Source of the DNA: an uncultured Gammaproteobacteria bacterium
GTDB lineage: Bacteria > Patescibacteriota > Patescibacteriia > CAIXNZ01
Length of the DNA: 64,000 nucleotides
Assembly (NCBI GenBank): GCA_964590345.1
Contig: CAZPVP010000001.1
Span: 131,954 to 195,953 of the forward strand
Direction: 5' to 3'
Shown: one piece after another, positions 19,808 to 28,464 of the stretch
Layout of the letters: each line of letters opens with the position of its first letter
Position numbering within the stretch: the stretch's first letter is position 1
The notes under the pieces: model-generated
The model's database searches: none
What the model was told of the DNA's origin: nothing
Seen by the model: the letters and a program-made list of their open reading frames with translations, nothing else
Program-made: the position numbers and the translations under genes

Positions 19808-20482
19808 CTATTTCCTAAATAATTTAGCAAAAATTAAATCTCGGATAATTTTAAAACCGTTTAAAAATTTCTGGCCATATTGATTATAAATAATTTCCAC
19901 TGGTATTTCAGTATAATTTAAACCGTAAATTCTAACTAAATCCAAAATTTCAGTGGCATGAGCCATGCCATCCTGGCTTATTTTTGTTGCTTTAGCTGCT
20001 TTTTTGGAAAGGGCCCTAAAACCATTATGTGCGTCAGTTAACTTTACGCCCGTAAAAAACCAATTGAAAATAATGGCTGGTTTCAAAATAAAATATTTTT
20101 TAGTCCAGGGCATTTTTGATTTTTTATCTAAAAAACGGGAACCAAAAACAATATCTGCTTCTTTATTTACAATTGGCGCAATCATTCTATAAATATCTTT
20201 GGCTTGCATTTGTCCATCAGCGTCAAAATGAACAATAATTTTTGCGCCTTTTTTTAAGGCAAATTCCATGCCCGTTTGCAAAGCTGCTCCTTGTCCACGA
20301 TTAATCATGTGATTAATTAAATAAACTCCTAAAGGTTTAATAATATCTTTTGTCCGATCATTTGAAGCATCATTAATAACTACAATATTTCGGCTGTGCT
20401 CCTGCAGGCTTTTAATGACCCCGAAAATATTTTTGTGTTCGTTGTAAGCTGGAACAATTATCCAGACTTTGTTGTTTAGCAT
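19808..20482 (-). CDS. GT2 glycosyltransferase (polyprenol-phosphate glycosyltransferase-like)
   Basis: IVPAYNE, NDASND, NRGQGAA, FDADGQ, GSRF, TDAHNGFRA. Confidence 0.92.
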   Translation of the reverse strand: MLNNKVWIIVPAYNEHKNIFGVIKSLQEHSRNIVVINDASNDRTKDIIKPLGVYLINHMINRGQGAALQTGMEFALKKGAKIIVHFDADGQMQAKDIYRMIAPIVNKEADIVFGSRFLDKKSKMPWTKKYFILKPAIIFNWFFTGVKLTDAHNGFRALSKKAAKATKISQDGMAHATEILDLVRIYGLNYTEIPVEIIYNQYGQKFLNGFKIIRDLIFAKLFRK

Positions 20483-20494
20483 AATTTAGTTTTT

Positions 20495-20548
20495 AAAGTT
20501 AAAAGTCTAAAGTTGAAAGTTAATTTTACTTTATAACTTTATAACTTT
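20495..20548. repeat. Inverted pair of degenerate ~8-bp tandem arrays (AAAGTTA.. / ..ATAACTTT)
   Basis: AAAGTTAAAAGTCTAAAGTTGAAAGTT followed by ACTTTATAACTTTATAACTTT. Confidence 0.8.
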
Positions 20549-21643
20549 CTACTTCATTTTTAAATACGCTTCAATAAACCCGTCCAAATATCCATCCAAA
20601 ACCCCCTCCACAGCAGCTGTTTCAAAATTTGTCCGATGATCTTTAACTAAGTGATATGGCTGCAAGACATAAGATCTAATCTGATTACCCCAGACGGCTT
20701 CGGAAAATTCACCGCGTAATTGTTTTTTTTCTTCTTCTTTCTCTATTTCTGCTAATTTCTGCAATTTTGATTTTAAAATTTTTAATGCCTGTTCTTTATT
20801 TTGCGCTTGAGAACGTTCACTTTGGCAAGACGCAATAATTCCTGTTGGCAAATGCGTGATACGAACAGCTGATTCTGTTTTATTAACGCTTTGTCCGCCA
20901 TGCCCAGATGCCCGAAAAGTATCAATTTTCAAATCTTCCGGTTTAACGTCAATTTCCAATGATTCTTCAATTTCAGGGATTACTTCAACTAAAGCAAAAG
21001 ATGTATGGCGCATGGCTTCAGCGTCAAAAGGCGAAATTCTCACTAAACGATGTACTCCATTTTCTGATTTTAAATTACCATAAGCATAATTTCCTCTCAC
21101 TTCAATAACTGCACTTTTTATACCGGCTTCAGAACCAAAGTTTTCATCTAAAATTTTAGTTTTAAATCCTTTTTTATCACAAAACCTCAAATACATGCGC
21201 AAAAGCATCTGTGCCCAATCTTGCGCATCAACGCCGCCTGTACCAGCATGAATAGCTAAAATCGCATTATTCTTATCATTTTTATCCCCAAATAACAAAT
21301 AAAATTCCAAATCTGAAAATCTTTTTGCTAATTCTTCATATCTTTTCTCAACTTCTTTTCTCAAATTAACTGCTTGATCTTTTTGATCCATTTTAGCTAA
21401 TTCTAAAAGATCATTAACTTCATCTCTTAAACTGCGCCAGGTTTCAATTTCATCTTTTAATTCATTGGCCTTTTGGCTAATTTTTTTAGCTTCTTGCTGA
21501 TCCTGCCAAAAATCCTTTTGGCTCATTAATTTTTCTAATTTTTTGCTTTCTTCTATTTTTTGGTCAATTTCAAGAAAGCCCCAAGATTCCTTAATTTTCC
21601 TAAATAATTCCTGCATTTTTTGCACTAATTCTTTCTCTTTCAT
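20549..21643 (-). CDS. prfB: Peptide chain release factor 2 (continuous frame)
   Basis: SPF motif (RISPFD), GGQ motif, ERSQ..N, WGNQIRSYVL. Confidence 0.97.
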   Translation of the reverse strand: MKEKELVQKMQELFRKIKESWGFLEIDQKIEESKKLEKLMSQKDFWQDQQEAKKISQKANELKDEIETWRSLRDEVNDLLELAKMDQKDQAVNLRKEVEKRYEELAKRFSDLEFYLLFGDKNDKNNAILAIHAGTGGVDAQDWAQMLLRMYLRFCDKKGFKTKILDENFGSEAGIKSAVIEVRGNYAYGNLKSENGVHRLVRISPFDAEAMRHTSFALVEVIPEIEESLEIDVKPEDLKIDTFRASGHGGQSVNKTESAVRITHLPTGIIASCQSERSQAQNKEQALKILKSKLQKLAEIEKEEEKKQLRGEFSEAVWGNQIRSYVLQPYHLVKDHRTNFETAAVEGVLDGYLDGFIEAYLKMK

Positions 21644-21647
21644 AACT

Positions 21648-21681
21648 AGTTAAAAATATATAGTTAAAAAGTTATAAAGTT
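21648..21681. repeat. Repeat arm downstream of the four-helix-bundle gene
   Basis: AGTTAAAAA...AGTTAAAAAGTTATAAAGTT; 21668-21681 is a perfect 14-bp inverse of 22048-22061. Confidence 0.8.
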
Positions 21682-22024
21682 ATAAGGTTTTTATAAAACC
21701 AGAAAGCATTTTTGATATTTCAATTAACTTTTTATAAGCTTGCTCAAACTCTTGTCTTGAAATATATTTTAATTCTAATGCTAAATATAGCATAGACCGC
21801 ACTTCTGCGCATGATCCCTTAGCTATGTATAAAAATCTTGTAAATTCTTTATTGGTTCGTCTTTCAAAGCCTTCGACAATATTATTCATAACCGAAATTG
21901 CTGCTCTCTGTATTTGTCTTTTAAAATTATGATCCAAACATTTCTTAAACTGACTATAAATATCTAAGGTTAATTCCTTGCTTTTTTGCCAGGCAATTAT
22001 CTCCTCAAATTTTTCAATTTTCAT
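21680..22024 (-). CDS. Four helix bundle protein (23S rRNA IVP / TIGR02436-like)
   Basis: FEEIIAWQKS...QIQRAAISVMNNIVEGFER...EFTRFLYIAKGSCAEVRSMLYLA signature. Confidence 0.93.
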   Translation of the reverse strand: MKIEKFEEIIAWQKSKELTLDIYSQFKKCLDHNFKRQIQRAAISVMNNIVEGFERRTNKEFTRFLYIAKGSCAEVRSMLYLALELKYISRQEFEQAYKKLIEISKMLSGFIKTL

Positions 22025-22032
22025 ACTGTTTA

Positions 22033-22225
22033 ACTTTATACTTTATGAACTTTATAACTTTCAACTTATCTTAATTTTAGCAAAAAAAATCACACTTGAA
22101 AAGCCCCTTTCACTTTAAACCTTTACAAACTTTTAAACTTTTTAAACTTTCAAACTACAAAAAAACAGCGCATCATTTTGACACGCTGTTTACTTTATAC
22201 TTTAAGAACTTTATAACTTTTAACT
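22033..22225. repeat. Degenerate AACTTT(AT) arrays, including a 34-bp direct repeat (22033-22066, 22192-22225; 2 mismatches)
   Basis: ACTTTATACTTTA(T/A)GAACTTTATAACTTT(C/T)AACT occurs twice, with AAACTTT arrays between. Confidence 0.85.
22159..22191 (-). terminator. Putative intrinsic terminator after HtrA gene
   Basis: Minus strand AAACAGCGTGTC-AAAAT-GATGCGCTGTTT followed by a T run. Confidence 0.65.
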
Positions 22226-22232
22226 AAATAAA

Positions 22233-23504
22233 CTAATTCTCAATTTCCCTTTCTACCAAAGTCGCTTTAACTGTTTTTTCTTCACCATCATGCAAAATTT
22301 TCAGTTCAACTTCATCACCTGGCTGAAAACGAGCCAAAACCCGGCCCAAAGAATGATTTGGATTAATTCTTTGACCATTAACTTCCAAAATAATATCATT
22401 TTCTTCCAAACCTGCCTTATCAGCTGGTGATCCAGGCACAACAGCCAAAGTGCCGTCTGAACCTTTAATAATTAAAGCACCGTAATTAACTGGTAAATTA
22501 TTAATTTTTGCCAACTGTTTGTTAAGCATAATATAACGCACGCCTAAAAACGGCCTGACAATTTTGCCGTATTTTTCTATACTTTCAATTACCTGCTTAG
22601 CTTCGTTAATTGGGATAGCAAAACCAACCGATTGTCCTGCTCTGGAAATAGCCGTATTAATACCAATTACCTCGCCTTTTAAATTTAATAAAGGGCCCCC
22701 TGAATTACCAGGGTTAATTGCTGCATCAGTCTGAATCGCTTCTTCCAAAACTTCGCTAATACCAGCCCCGCCTGCTTCAACTCTTCGGCCAACACCGCTA
22801 ATCACGCCTCTAGTAACTGTATTTTGGAATTCAGACAAAGTATTGCCAATAGCAATTACTGTCTGTCCGATTTGAATATTGTCTGAATCGCCTAAAACTA
22901 AAGGCGTCAACTTATTTGCCTCAATTTTTAATACTGCCAAATCATTAATTGGATCTTTAGCCAAAACTTCAGCATCATATTTTTGGCCGTCATTGGTCAC
23001 AACAGTATATTCTGCATTTTCGTCCATAACAACATGCTTATTAGTTAAAATCAAACCGTCTTTAGAAACAATAAATCCTGTCCCGCCGCCAATTTCTGTT
23101 TTTTCACCACTTTTTTCTTTTGGTAGGCTGGGCTGATTAAATCTATGTTCAAAAGGCCAGCCAAATTCAAAAAATTTATTAAATAAATCTGGCCCTGTTG
23201 AACTATAAACATCTTGAATTTCCTTAGTAATTACAATACTAACCACACTAGGCGTAGTCTTTTTTACTACATCAATAGTAGCTGATTCTTCTTCTGCTAA
23301 GGTTATTTTTTCTGTCTCAACTTTTTCTAATTTCAAACCGTTTTCATCTTTAATAATAAAGCCAAAGTTATCAAGGTTTTGCCAAATCAAAACACTAGAA
23401 CAAACACCTGCTAAGCCACCGAAAATTAAGCTTAAAACAATAATTAAAACCAAAAATTTTTGTGAAAATTGTTTTTCTTTATTTTTAGGCTCTTTAAAAA
23501 ACAT
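22233..23504 (-). CDS. HtrA/DegP-like serine protease with PDZ domain
   Basis: N-terminal TM; GTGFIV, LTNKHVV, IQTDAAINPGNSGGPL; C-terminal PDZ (GSPADKAGL). Confidence 0.95.
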   Translation of the reverse strand: MFFKEPKNKEKQFSQKFLVLIIVLSLIFGGLAGVCSSVLIWQNLDNFGFIIKDENGLKLEKVETEKITLAEEESATIDVVKKTTPSVVSIVITKEIQDVYSSTGPDLFNKFFEFGWPFEHRFNQPSLPKEKSGEKTEIGGGTGFIVSKDGLILTNKHVVMDENAEYTVVTNDGQKYDAEVLAKDPINDLAVLKIEANKLTPLVLGDSDNIQIGQTVIAIGNTLSEFQNTVTRGVISGVGRRVEAGGAGISEVLEEAIQTDAAINPGNSGGPLLNLKGEVIGINTAISRAGQSVGFAIPINEAKQVIESIEKYGKIVRPFLGVRYIMLNKQLAKINNLPVNYGALIIKGSDGTLAVVPGSPADKAGLEENDIILEVNGQRINPNHSLGRVLARFQPGDEVELKILHDGEEKTVKATLVEREIEN

Positions 23505-23576
23505 ATAACATCCCCTTAACTAAAGACAGGAAAAAATAATTTCTTCCCGTCTTTTTTAAAAAAATATTTATAAATT

Positions 23577-23909
23577 TTAAACACTGGGCTCTTCTTTTTT
23601 TTCTTCTTCAGCTGATTCTTTTTCTGTTGGCATCTCTCCAGCAGAAGCTTCGCCAAAAGTCGTTTCTTTAGGAGCCTCTTCTTCAATAGAAGATTCTTCA
23701 GTGGTTTCTTCGCTAGCAGAACTCTCTCCGACAGCAGTTTCTGTCGCACTAGAAGCTTCTTCTGTTTCAGATTCAGCAGCAGTTGCTGCTTCAGCACACT
23801 TATTACAGATTTCAGGATCTTGTTCAGAAGGCTTAATACCCATTAATTTGCCAATTGTTTTATACAAAAATCCTTCCAATGGTGCCCCGCATTTTTTACA
23901 TTTTTTCAT
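23577..23909 (-). CDS. Small protein with a four-Cys Zn-finger-like domain and acidic tail
   Basis: CKKCGAP...PSEQDPEICNKC followed by an E/S/A/T-rich tail. Confidence 0.7.
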   Translation of the reverse strand: MKKCKKCGAPLEGFLYKTIGKLMGIKPSEQDPEICNKCAEAATAAESETEEASSATETAVGESSASEETTEESSIEEEAPKETTFGEASAGEMPTEKESAEEEKKEEPSV

Positions 23910-23964
23910 ATAAATTTTCCTTAAATAACTAAAATCTAAAAGATTTTAGCTAAATTAGTAATCA

Positions 23965-24270
23965 TTAATTAAAATGATAAAGATAGCTATAAAAATTAGC
24001 TATTTTCCCCCTTTTTATGCTTATACCCTCATTTTGCAACAATTTAATTTTTTTTGCAAGTCCTAAGCAATAATTTCCTGCTTTTTTATCATTTCTGACT
24101 ACCCGATGACAAGGTATTTCAACCAATATAGGATTCTTATTCAAAGCATTTCCAACTGCCCGGGCAAGTTTTTTATTGCCCAACTTTAGCGCCAAAATAT
24201 GATAAGTTGTAATTTTCCCTTTGGGAATTTGTCTAACTAAATCCAGTACTTTTTGCTCAAAATCAGTCAT
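23965..24270 (-). CDS. MGMT family O6-alkylguanine DNA alkyltransferase (C-terminal domain only)
   Basis: IPKGKITTY, ARAVGNAL, IPCHRVV with the active-site Cys. Confidence 0.92.
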   Translation of the reverse strand: MTDFEQKVLDLVRQIPKGKITTYHILALKLGNKKLARAVGNALNKNPILVEIPCHRVVRNDKKAGNYCLGLAKKIKLLQNEGISIKRGKIANFYSYLYHFN

Positions 24271-24271
24271 T

Positions 24272-24526
24272 TTAAATGCCTCTAAATTGATTGATTAAAT
24301 CCAATAGTGGTTTATAAATTTCAATAAATTCTCTAAAAAGCGGAATTAAATATAAAACAGCCAAAATTACAGGAATTGCTACAATTAAAAACCGAATTAA
24401 ATTCATTAACCGTGCTTTTTTTAAATCTTTATTCAAACTCTCAACTTTATCAAGCAACAAATCCGTTTTTTTTAAATTTTGTTTTATTAATTTTTCTAAA
24501 TTTTGTTTGTTTTTTGATTCTGCCAT
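24272..24526 (-). CDS. Small hypothetical membrane protein
   Basis: Coiled-coil-like N-terminus plus one TM; 1-3 nt spacing to neighbours. Confidence 0.7.
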   Translation of the reverse strand: MAESKNKQNLEKLIKQNLKKTDLLLDKVESLNKDLKKARLMNLIRFLIVAIPVILAVLYLIPLFREFIEIYKPLLDLINQFRGI

Positions 24527-24529
24527 ATT

Positions 24530-25225
24530 CTATCCTCTTATTTGGCAATTTTTAACATATTTTAAGGCTAACTTTTTCATTTCTGCCAATTCTTCTTCTT
24601 TAAAGCTTTTCTCTCTCTCAAAACTAATATCAAGAGTTTTATTATTACTGAAACCCTGCAAATAATATTTATCAGCTCCTTTTATCATTTTAGCAATCTT
24701 TTCTATCTCTGACAAATCATGAAATTTGGGCAAAACAGTCGTTCTAAATTCATAATCTAAACCAGAATCCATTATTAATTTTATGCTTTGTTTAATTTTA
24801 TTATTATTAATCTTCACATTTGTAACCTTATCATATTGCTCTAAAGAAGCTTTAACATCCATAGCAATATAATCAATTAACCCCTGTTTTATTAATTTTT
24901 CTAAAAGATCCGGTTTGCTGCCATTCGTATCTAATTTAATTAAATAACCTAATTTCTTAATTTTTTCTAAAAAGCTAACTAAATCTTTACTCATTAAAGG
25001 TTCGCCGCCACCGACACAAACCCCCTCTAAAAGACCTTTTCTTTTTTTTAAATAAGAAAAAAATTCTTTTTCTGGAATATATTTTTTATCTGACGCTGTT
25101 TCAATTAAATCTGGATTATGACAATAAGGGCAACGAAAATTACAGATAGCTAAAAAAACAGAGGTTGCCACCAGCCCTGGATAATCAATTAAAGTAACTT
25201 TTTGTAAACCACCGATTTTTACCAT
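24530..25225 (-). CDS. nrdG: Anaerobic RNR activating radical-SAM enzyme
   Basis: CNFRCPYCHN, GGGEP, KLDTNG, YEFRTT; lies next to nrdD. Confidence 0.93.
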   Translation of the reverse strand: MVKIGGLQKVTLIDYPGLVATSVFLAICNFRCPYCHNPDLIETASDKKYIPEKEFFSYLKKRKGLLEGVCVGGGEPLMSKDLVSFLEKIKKLGYLIKLDTNGSKPDLLEKLIKQGLIDYIAMDVKASLEQYDKVTNVKINNNKIKQSIKLIMDSGLDYEFRTTVLPKFHDLSEIEKIAKMIKGADKYYLQGFSNNKTLDISFEREKSFKEEELAEMKKLALKYVKNCQIRG

Positions 25226-25244
25226 AATAAAATTATTTTATAAT

Positions 25245-25271
25245 AAAAAACCAACCTCGGCAAGAGGTTGG
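25245..25271 (-). terminator. Putative intrinsic terminator between the NrdD glycyl peptide gene and nrdG
   Basis: CCAACCTC-5nt-GAGGTTGG stem followed by T6 on the minus strand. Confidence 0.7.
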
Positions 25272-25313
25272 ATTTTGTTTAAAGAACTGTTTTCCTCCTA
25301 ATTAAAGAACACT

Positions 25314-25454
25314 TCATTCGGATAGCTGTTTATTAAATTCCCTCCGATCAACAAATTCTGCTCGTTTTCCTTTGTTCCACTGGTTAACCGGTCTAATATA
25401 GCCAACTATCCGAGAATACACCTCGCAAGGCGTACGTTGCATTTTTGTGTTCAT
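25314..25454 (-). CDS. Stand-alone class III RNR glycyl-radical domain (46 aa)
   Basis: Not in ORF track. MNTKMQRTPCEVYSRIVGYIRPVNQWNKGKRAEFVDRREFNKQLSE; GGAGGAG just upstream; YSRIVGYxRP is the NrdD glycyl-radical motif. Confidence 0.9.
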   Translation of the reverse strand: MNTKMQRTPCEVYSRIVGYIRPVNQWNKGKRAEFVDRREFNKQLSE

Positions 25455-25515
25455 ACTCCTCCCCATTTAGCTATCTATTTGTAAAAAAATAGATAGTCTT
25501 ATATAAATATTTTTA

Positions 25516-27564
25516 TTAACTTAATTTTTCCTGTTTTGCCTGGCCTTTTTCAATATAACCTATTTCCGCATCGCATTTAGGACAGAAAAAATGTTCTCCC
25601 GGGATATAACCATGAACAGGACAGACAGAAAAAGTCGGAGTAATGGTAAAATACGGCAAATGATAATTTTCAGCAATTTTTTTAACTAATTTTTTAGTTG
25701 CAGAAACAGAAGGCATTTTTTCTCCAATAAAGCCGTGAAGGACCGTACCCCCAGTATACCTTGTTTGCAGGTCATCTTGCAAATCCAATGCCTCAAAAAT
25801 ATCTTCAGTATAATTAACTGGTAATTGCGAAGAATTTGTATAATAAGGATCAGCACCTTCTTCCCTATAAGCTTTTTCATTAGCGCAAATAATATCCGAA
25901 TATTTTTGTTTGTCAGCTTTAGCAAACCGATAAGCAGTGCCTTCAGCTGGTGTAGCTTCTAAATTATATAAATTATTAGTTTCATTTTGATAATCCATTA
26001 ATTTTTCTCTCATAAAATCCAGAACCTCTACAGCAAATTTATGCCCCTTTGATTTTGTAATATCTTCGCCAAGTAAATTCAAGGCTGCTTCATTCATGCC
26101 ATTAATACCAATGGTATTAAAATGATTTTTCCAATATTCGCCGAATTTACTTTTTATATCTTCCAAATAATAACGGGAATAAGGATATAAACCTTCTTCA
26201 GTAAATTTCTCAATTACTTTACGTTTTAGATCTAAACTATTTTTGGCAATCTGCATTATTTTTTCTAATTTGGCAAGAAATTCATTTTTATCTTTGGCTA
26301 AATAACCTAAACGCGGCAAATTAATTGTCACCACACCAATTGAACCAGTCAAAGGATTAGCAGCAAAAAGCCCTCCGCCTCTTTTTCTTAATTCACGATT
26401 ATCCAACCTCAAACGGCAACACATACTTCTGGCATCTTCTGGTTTCATGTCAGAATTAACAAAATTTGAAAAATAAGGAATACCGTATTTAGCTGTCATA
26501 GCCATAATTTCATCAGCTACTTCATTCTGCCAATTAAATTCTTTAGTGATATTATAAGTTGGAATCGGAAAGGTGAAAACTCTACCGTTAGCATCGCCTT
26601 CAGTCATTACTTCAGTAAAGGCTAAATTAAGCATATCCATTTCTTTTTGAAAATCTTTATAAGTTTTTTCCTGAAATTTGCCGCCAATAATTACTGGTTC
26701 CTCTTTCATCACATCAGGAACGACCAAATCCATAGTAACATTGGTAAAGGGGGTTTGAAAGCCCACCCTGGTCGGGACATTCATATTAAAAAGAAATTCC
26801 TGAATACCTTGTTTAACATCATTATATTTCAAATTATCATAAGCAATAAAAGGAGCTAAATAAGAATCAAAACTAGAAAAAGCTTGAGCCCCGGCTGTTT
26901 CGCCCTGCAAAGTATAAAAAAAATTAACTATTTGACCCAAGACAGTGCGAAAATGTTTTGCTGGCTTAGAATTAACTTTGCCTGGCACCCCACCAAAACC
27001 CTTAATTAATAAATCCCGTAAATCCCAACCACAACAATAAGCTGACAATGTCTGCAAATCATGAATATGTAAATCTGCATTAGCATGGGCTTCTCTAATC
27101 TCCGTTGGATAAACTTTATTTAACCAATAATGAGCTGAAACAGAGGAAGCAACATGATTATTCAAACCTTGCAAAGAATAAGCCATATTAGAATTTTCTT
27201 TAACACGCCAATCACTTTGCACCAAATAACCCTCCATCAAAGCATCGGAATCAATCAAAGTTTTAAAATCTCTGATTCTGGCGTGTTGATCACGATATAA
27301 AATATATGCTTTGGCTGTCTGTATCTGCTTATTCTTAATTAAAGTTGCTTCAACAATATCTTGAATTTCTTCAACTGCTGGAATGCTTCTTTCATGAAAC
27401 CTCTTGTTTAATTCTTTTTCTACCTGCAAAGCTATTTTTTGAGCCCGTTTTTGATTCGGGTCACCAATAGCTTCCATCGCCTTGTAAATTGCGTTTTCAA
27501 TCTTAACTATATCATAATCAACAATTCTATCATCACGCTTTTTGATTTTATTAATTTTACCCAT
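25516..27564 (-). CDS. nrdD: Anaerobic ribonucleoside-triphosphate reductase (ATP-cone plus catalytic core, lacking the Gly-radical loop)
   Basis: N-terminal ATP cone (IKKRD...VEEIQDIVE); SMCCRL, EATPAEG, YTGGTV; ends after the CPVH...CPKC Zn site. Confidence 0.95.
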   Translation of the reverse strand: MGKINKIKKRDDRIVDYDIVKIENAIYKAMEAIGDPNQKRAQKIALQVEKELNKRFHERSIPAVEEIQDIVEATLIKNKQIQTAKAYILYRDQHARIRDFKTLIDSDALMEGYLVQSDWRVKENSNMAYSLQGLNNHVASSVSAHYWLNKVYPTEIREAHANADLHIHDLQTLSAYCCGWDLRDLLIKGFGGVPGKVNSKPAKHFRTVLGQIVNFFYTLQGETAGAQAFSSFDSYLAPFIAYDNLKYNDVKQGIQEFLFNMNVPTRVGFQTPFTNVTMDLVVPDVMKEEPVIIGGKFQEKTYKDFQKEMDMLNLAFTEVMTEGDANGRVFTFPIPTYNITKEFNWQNEVADEIMAMTAKYGIPYFSNFVNSDMKPEDARSMCCRLRLDNRELRKRGGGLFAANPLTGSIGVVTINLPRLGYLAKDKNEFLAKLEKIMQIAKNSLDLKRKVIEKFTEEGLYPYSRYYLEDIKSKFGEYWKNHFNTIGINGMNEAALNLLGEDITKSKGHKFAVEVLDFMREKLMDYQNETNNLYNLEATPAEGTAYRFAKADKQKYSDIICANEKAYREEGADPYYTNSSQLPVNYTEDIFEALDLQDDLQTRYTGGTVLHGFIGEKMPSVSATKKLVKKIAENYHLPYFTITPTFSVCPVHGYIPGEHFFCPKCDAEIGYIEKGQAKQEKLS

Positions 27565-27600
27565 GATATATTAATGATGATTTAAACACCAATTTATTTT

Positions 27601-27662
27601 CACGAATCGCACTAATTTTTAAAATTTCAACTATTAATGTAATTAGTAATTATAGATTCGTG
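27601..27662. repeat. Imperfect inverted repeat built from CACGAAT/CACTAAT units
   Basis: CACGAATCGCACTAAT ... ATTAGTAATTATAGATTCGTG; related units ATTCGTG and ATTAGTG at about 28444-28460. Confidence 0.55.
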
Positions 27663-27673
27663 ATTCTGTCTGC

Positions 27674-28138
27674 TTATTTTTTCCTCTTTTTTTTAAAAAC
27701 AGTATTTATTTCTTTTTGAAAAGTTTCCAAATCTTCAAAAGCCCGGTAAACGGAAGCAAAACGGATATAAGCCACCGGATCTTTTTTCTTTAATTCTTTA
27801 ATAATAATTTCACCGATTTCCTGGCTCGTCATTTCAGATTTTTTCTTGGCCTGGATATTTCTTTCAATTTTATTAATTAAAATCCTAAAAGCCTCATCAC
27901 TAATTGACCGTTTTTCAAAGGCTTTTCTTAGTCCTTGCTCTAATTTATCCCTTGAATAACTTTCTTTTCTACCGTCTCTTTTTATCACCGACAGTTCCAG
28001 CAATTCAACCTGCTCATAGGTGCTGAACCTAAAGCCGCACTTTAAACATTCCCGTCTCCTTCTAATTGTAATTTCGTCAGAAGCAACACGAGAGTCAAGA
28101 ACTTTGGTTTCTTTATAATTACAGACTGGACATTTCAT
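27674..28138 (-). CDS. nrdR: Transcriptional repressor NrdR
   Basis: MKCPVC...VLDSR...IRRRRECLKCGFRFSTYE, ATP cone, VAYIRFASVY. Confidence 0.97.
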   Translation of the reverse strand: MKCPVCNYKETKVLDSRVASDEITIRRRRECLKCGFRFSTYEQVELLELSVIKRDGRKESYSRDKLEQGLRKAFEKRSISDEAFRILINKIERNIQAKKKSEMTSQEIGEIIIKELKKKDPVAYIRFASVYRAFEDLETFQKEINTVFKKKRKK

Positions 28139-28197
28139 ACATTTTCAAAAAGCAAAAACAACCTTGCAAAACAAGCCTATTTTGCTTAATTTTAATA

Positions 28198-28253
28198 ATA
28201 CTATATTTAGTATCCTCTATTTATATTTTAATACTATATCTTGGGGCTGTCAA
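28198..28253 (-). promoter_or_regulatory. sigma70 promoter of nrdR-nrdD with tandem NrdR boxes
   Basis: TTGACA (28253-28248)-17 nt-TAAAAT (28230-28225); boxes ATACTATATTTAGTAT (28198-28213) and ATACTATATCTTGGGG (28231-28246). Confidence 0.8.
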
Positions 28254-28398
28254 ATTTATGTCAAGAGTCCATTAAAATAAAATTTGAAACTTTATAAAAA
28301 TTTTAATTTAAAGCTAAAATAAAGGTTTCTCTCGGCGTCGTAAAAATATTTCCTATAATTATAAGATTAAAAATGTGGAAAACTTTTTAAATTTTTAT

Positions 28399-28429
28399 AA
28401 AAAAATCCCAGACTTTAAACCTGGAATCT
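28399..28429 (-). terminator. Putative terminator after ftsZ
   Basis: Minus strand GATTCCAGG-TTTAAAG-TCTGGGAT followed by a T run. Confidence 0.55.
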
Positions 28430-28464
28430 TAAATTAGTATATAATTCGTGCTAATTAGTGTTTC

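Noticed and set aside
20495-22225. CRISPR array
   Set aside because: Repeats are short-period and degenerate, lack regular unique spacers, and no cas genes are present.
25455-25515. nrdD split as a simple frameshift or sequencing error
   Set aside because: The 61-nt gap has its own hairpin and SD, and nrdD ends in tandem stop codons; not explained by a single indel.
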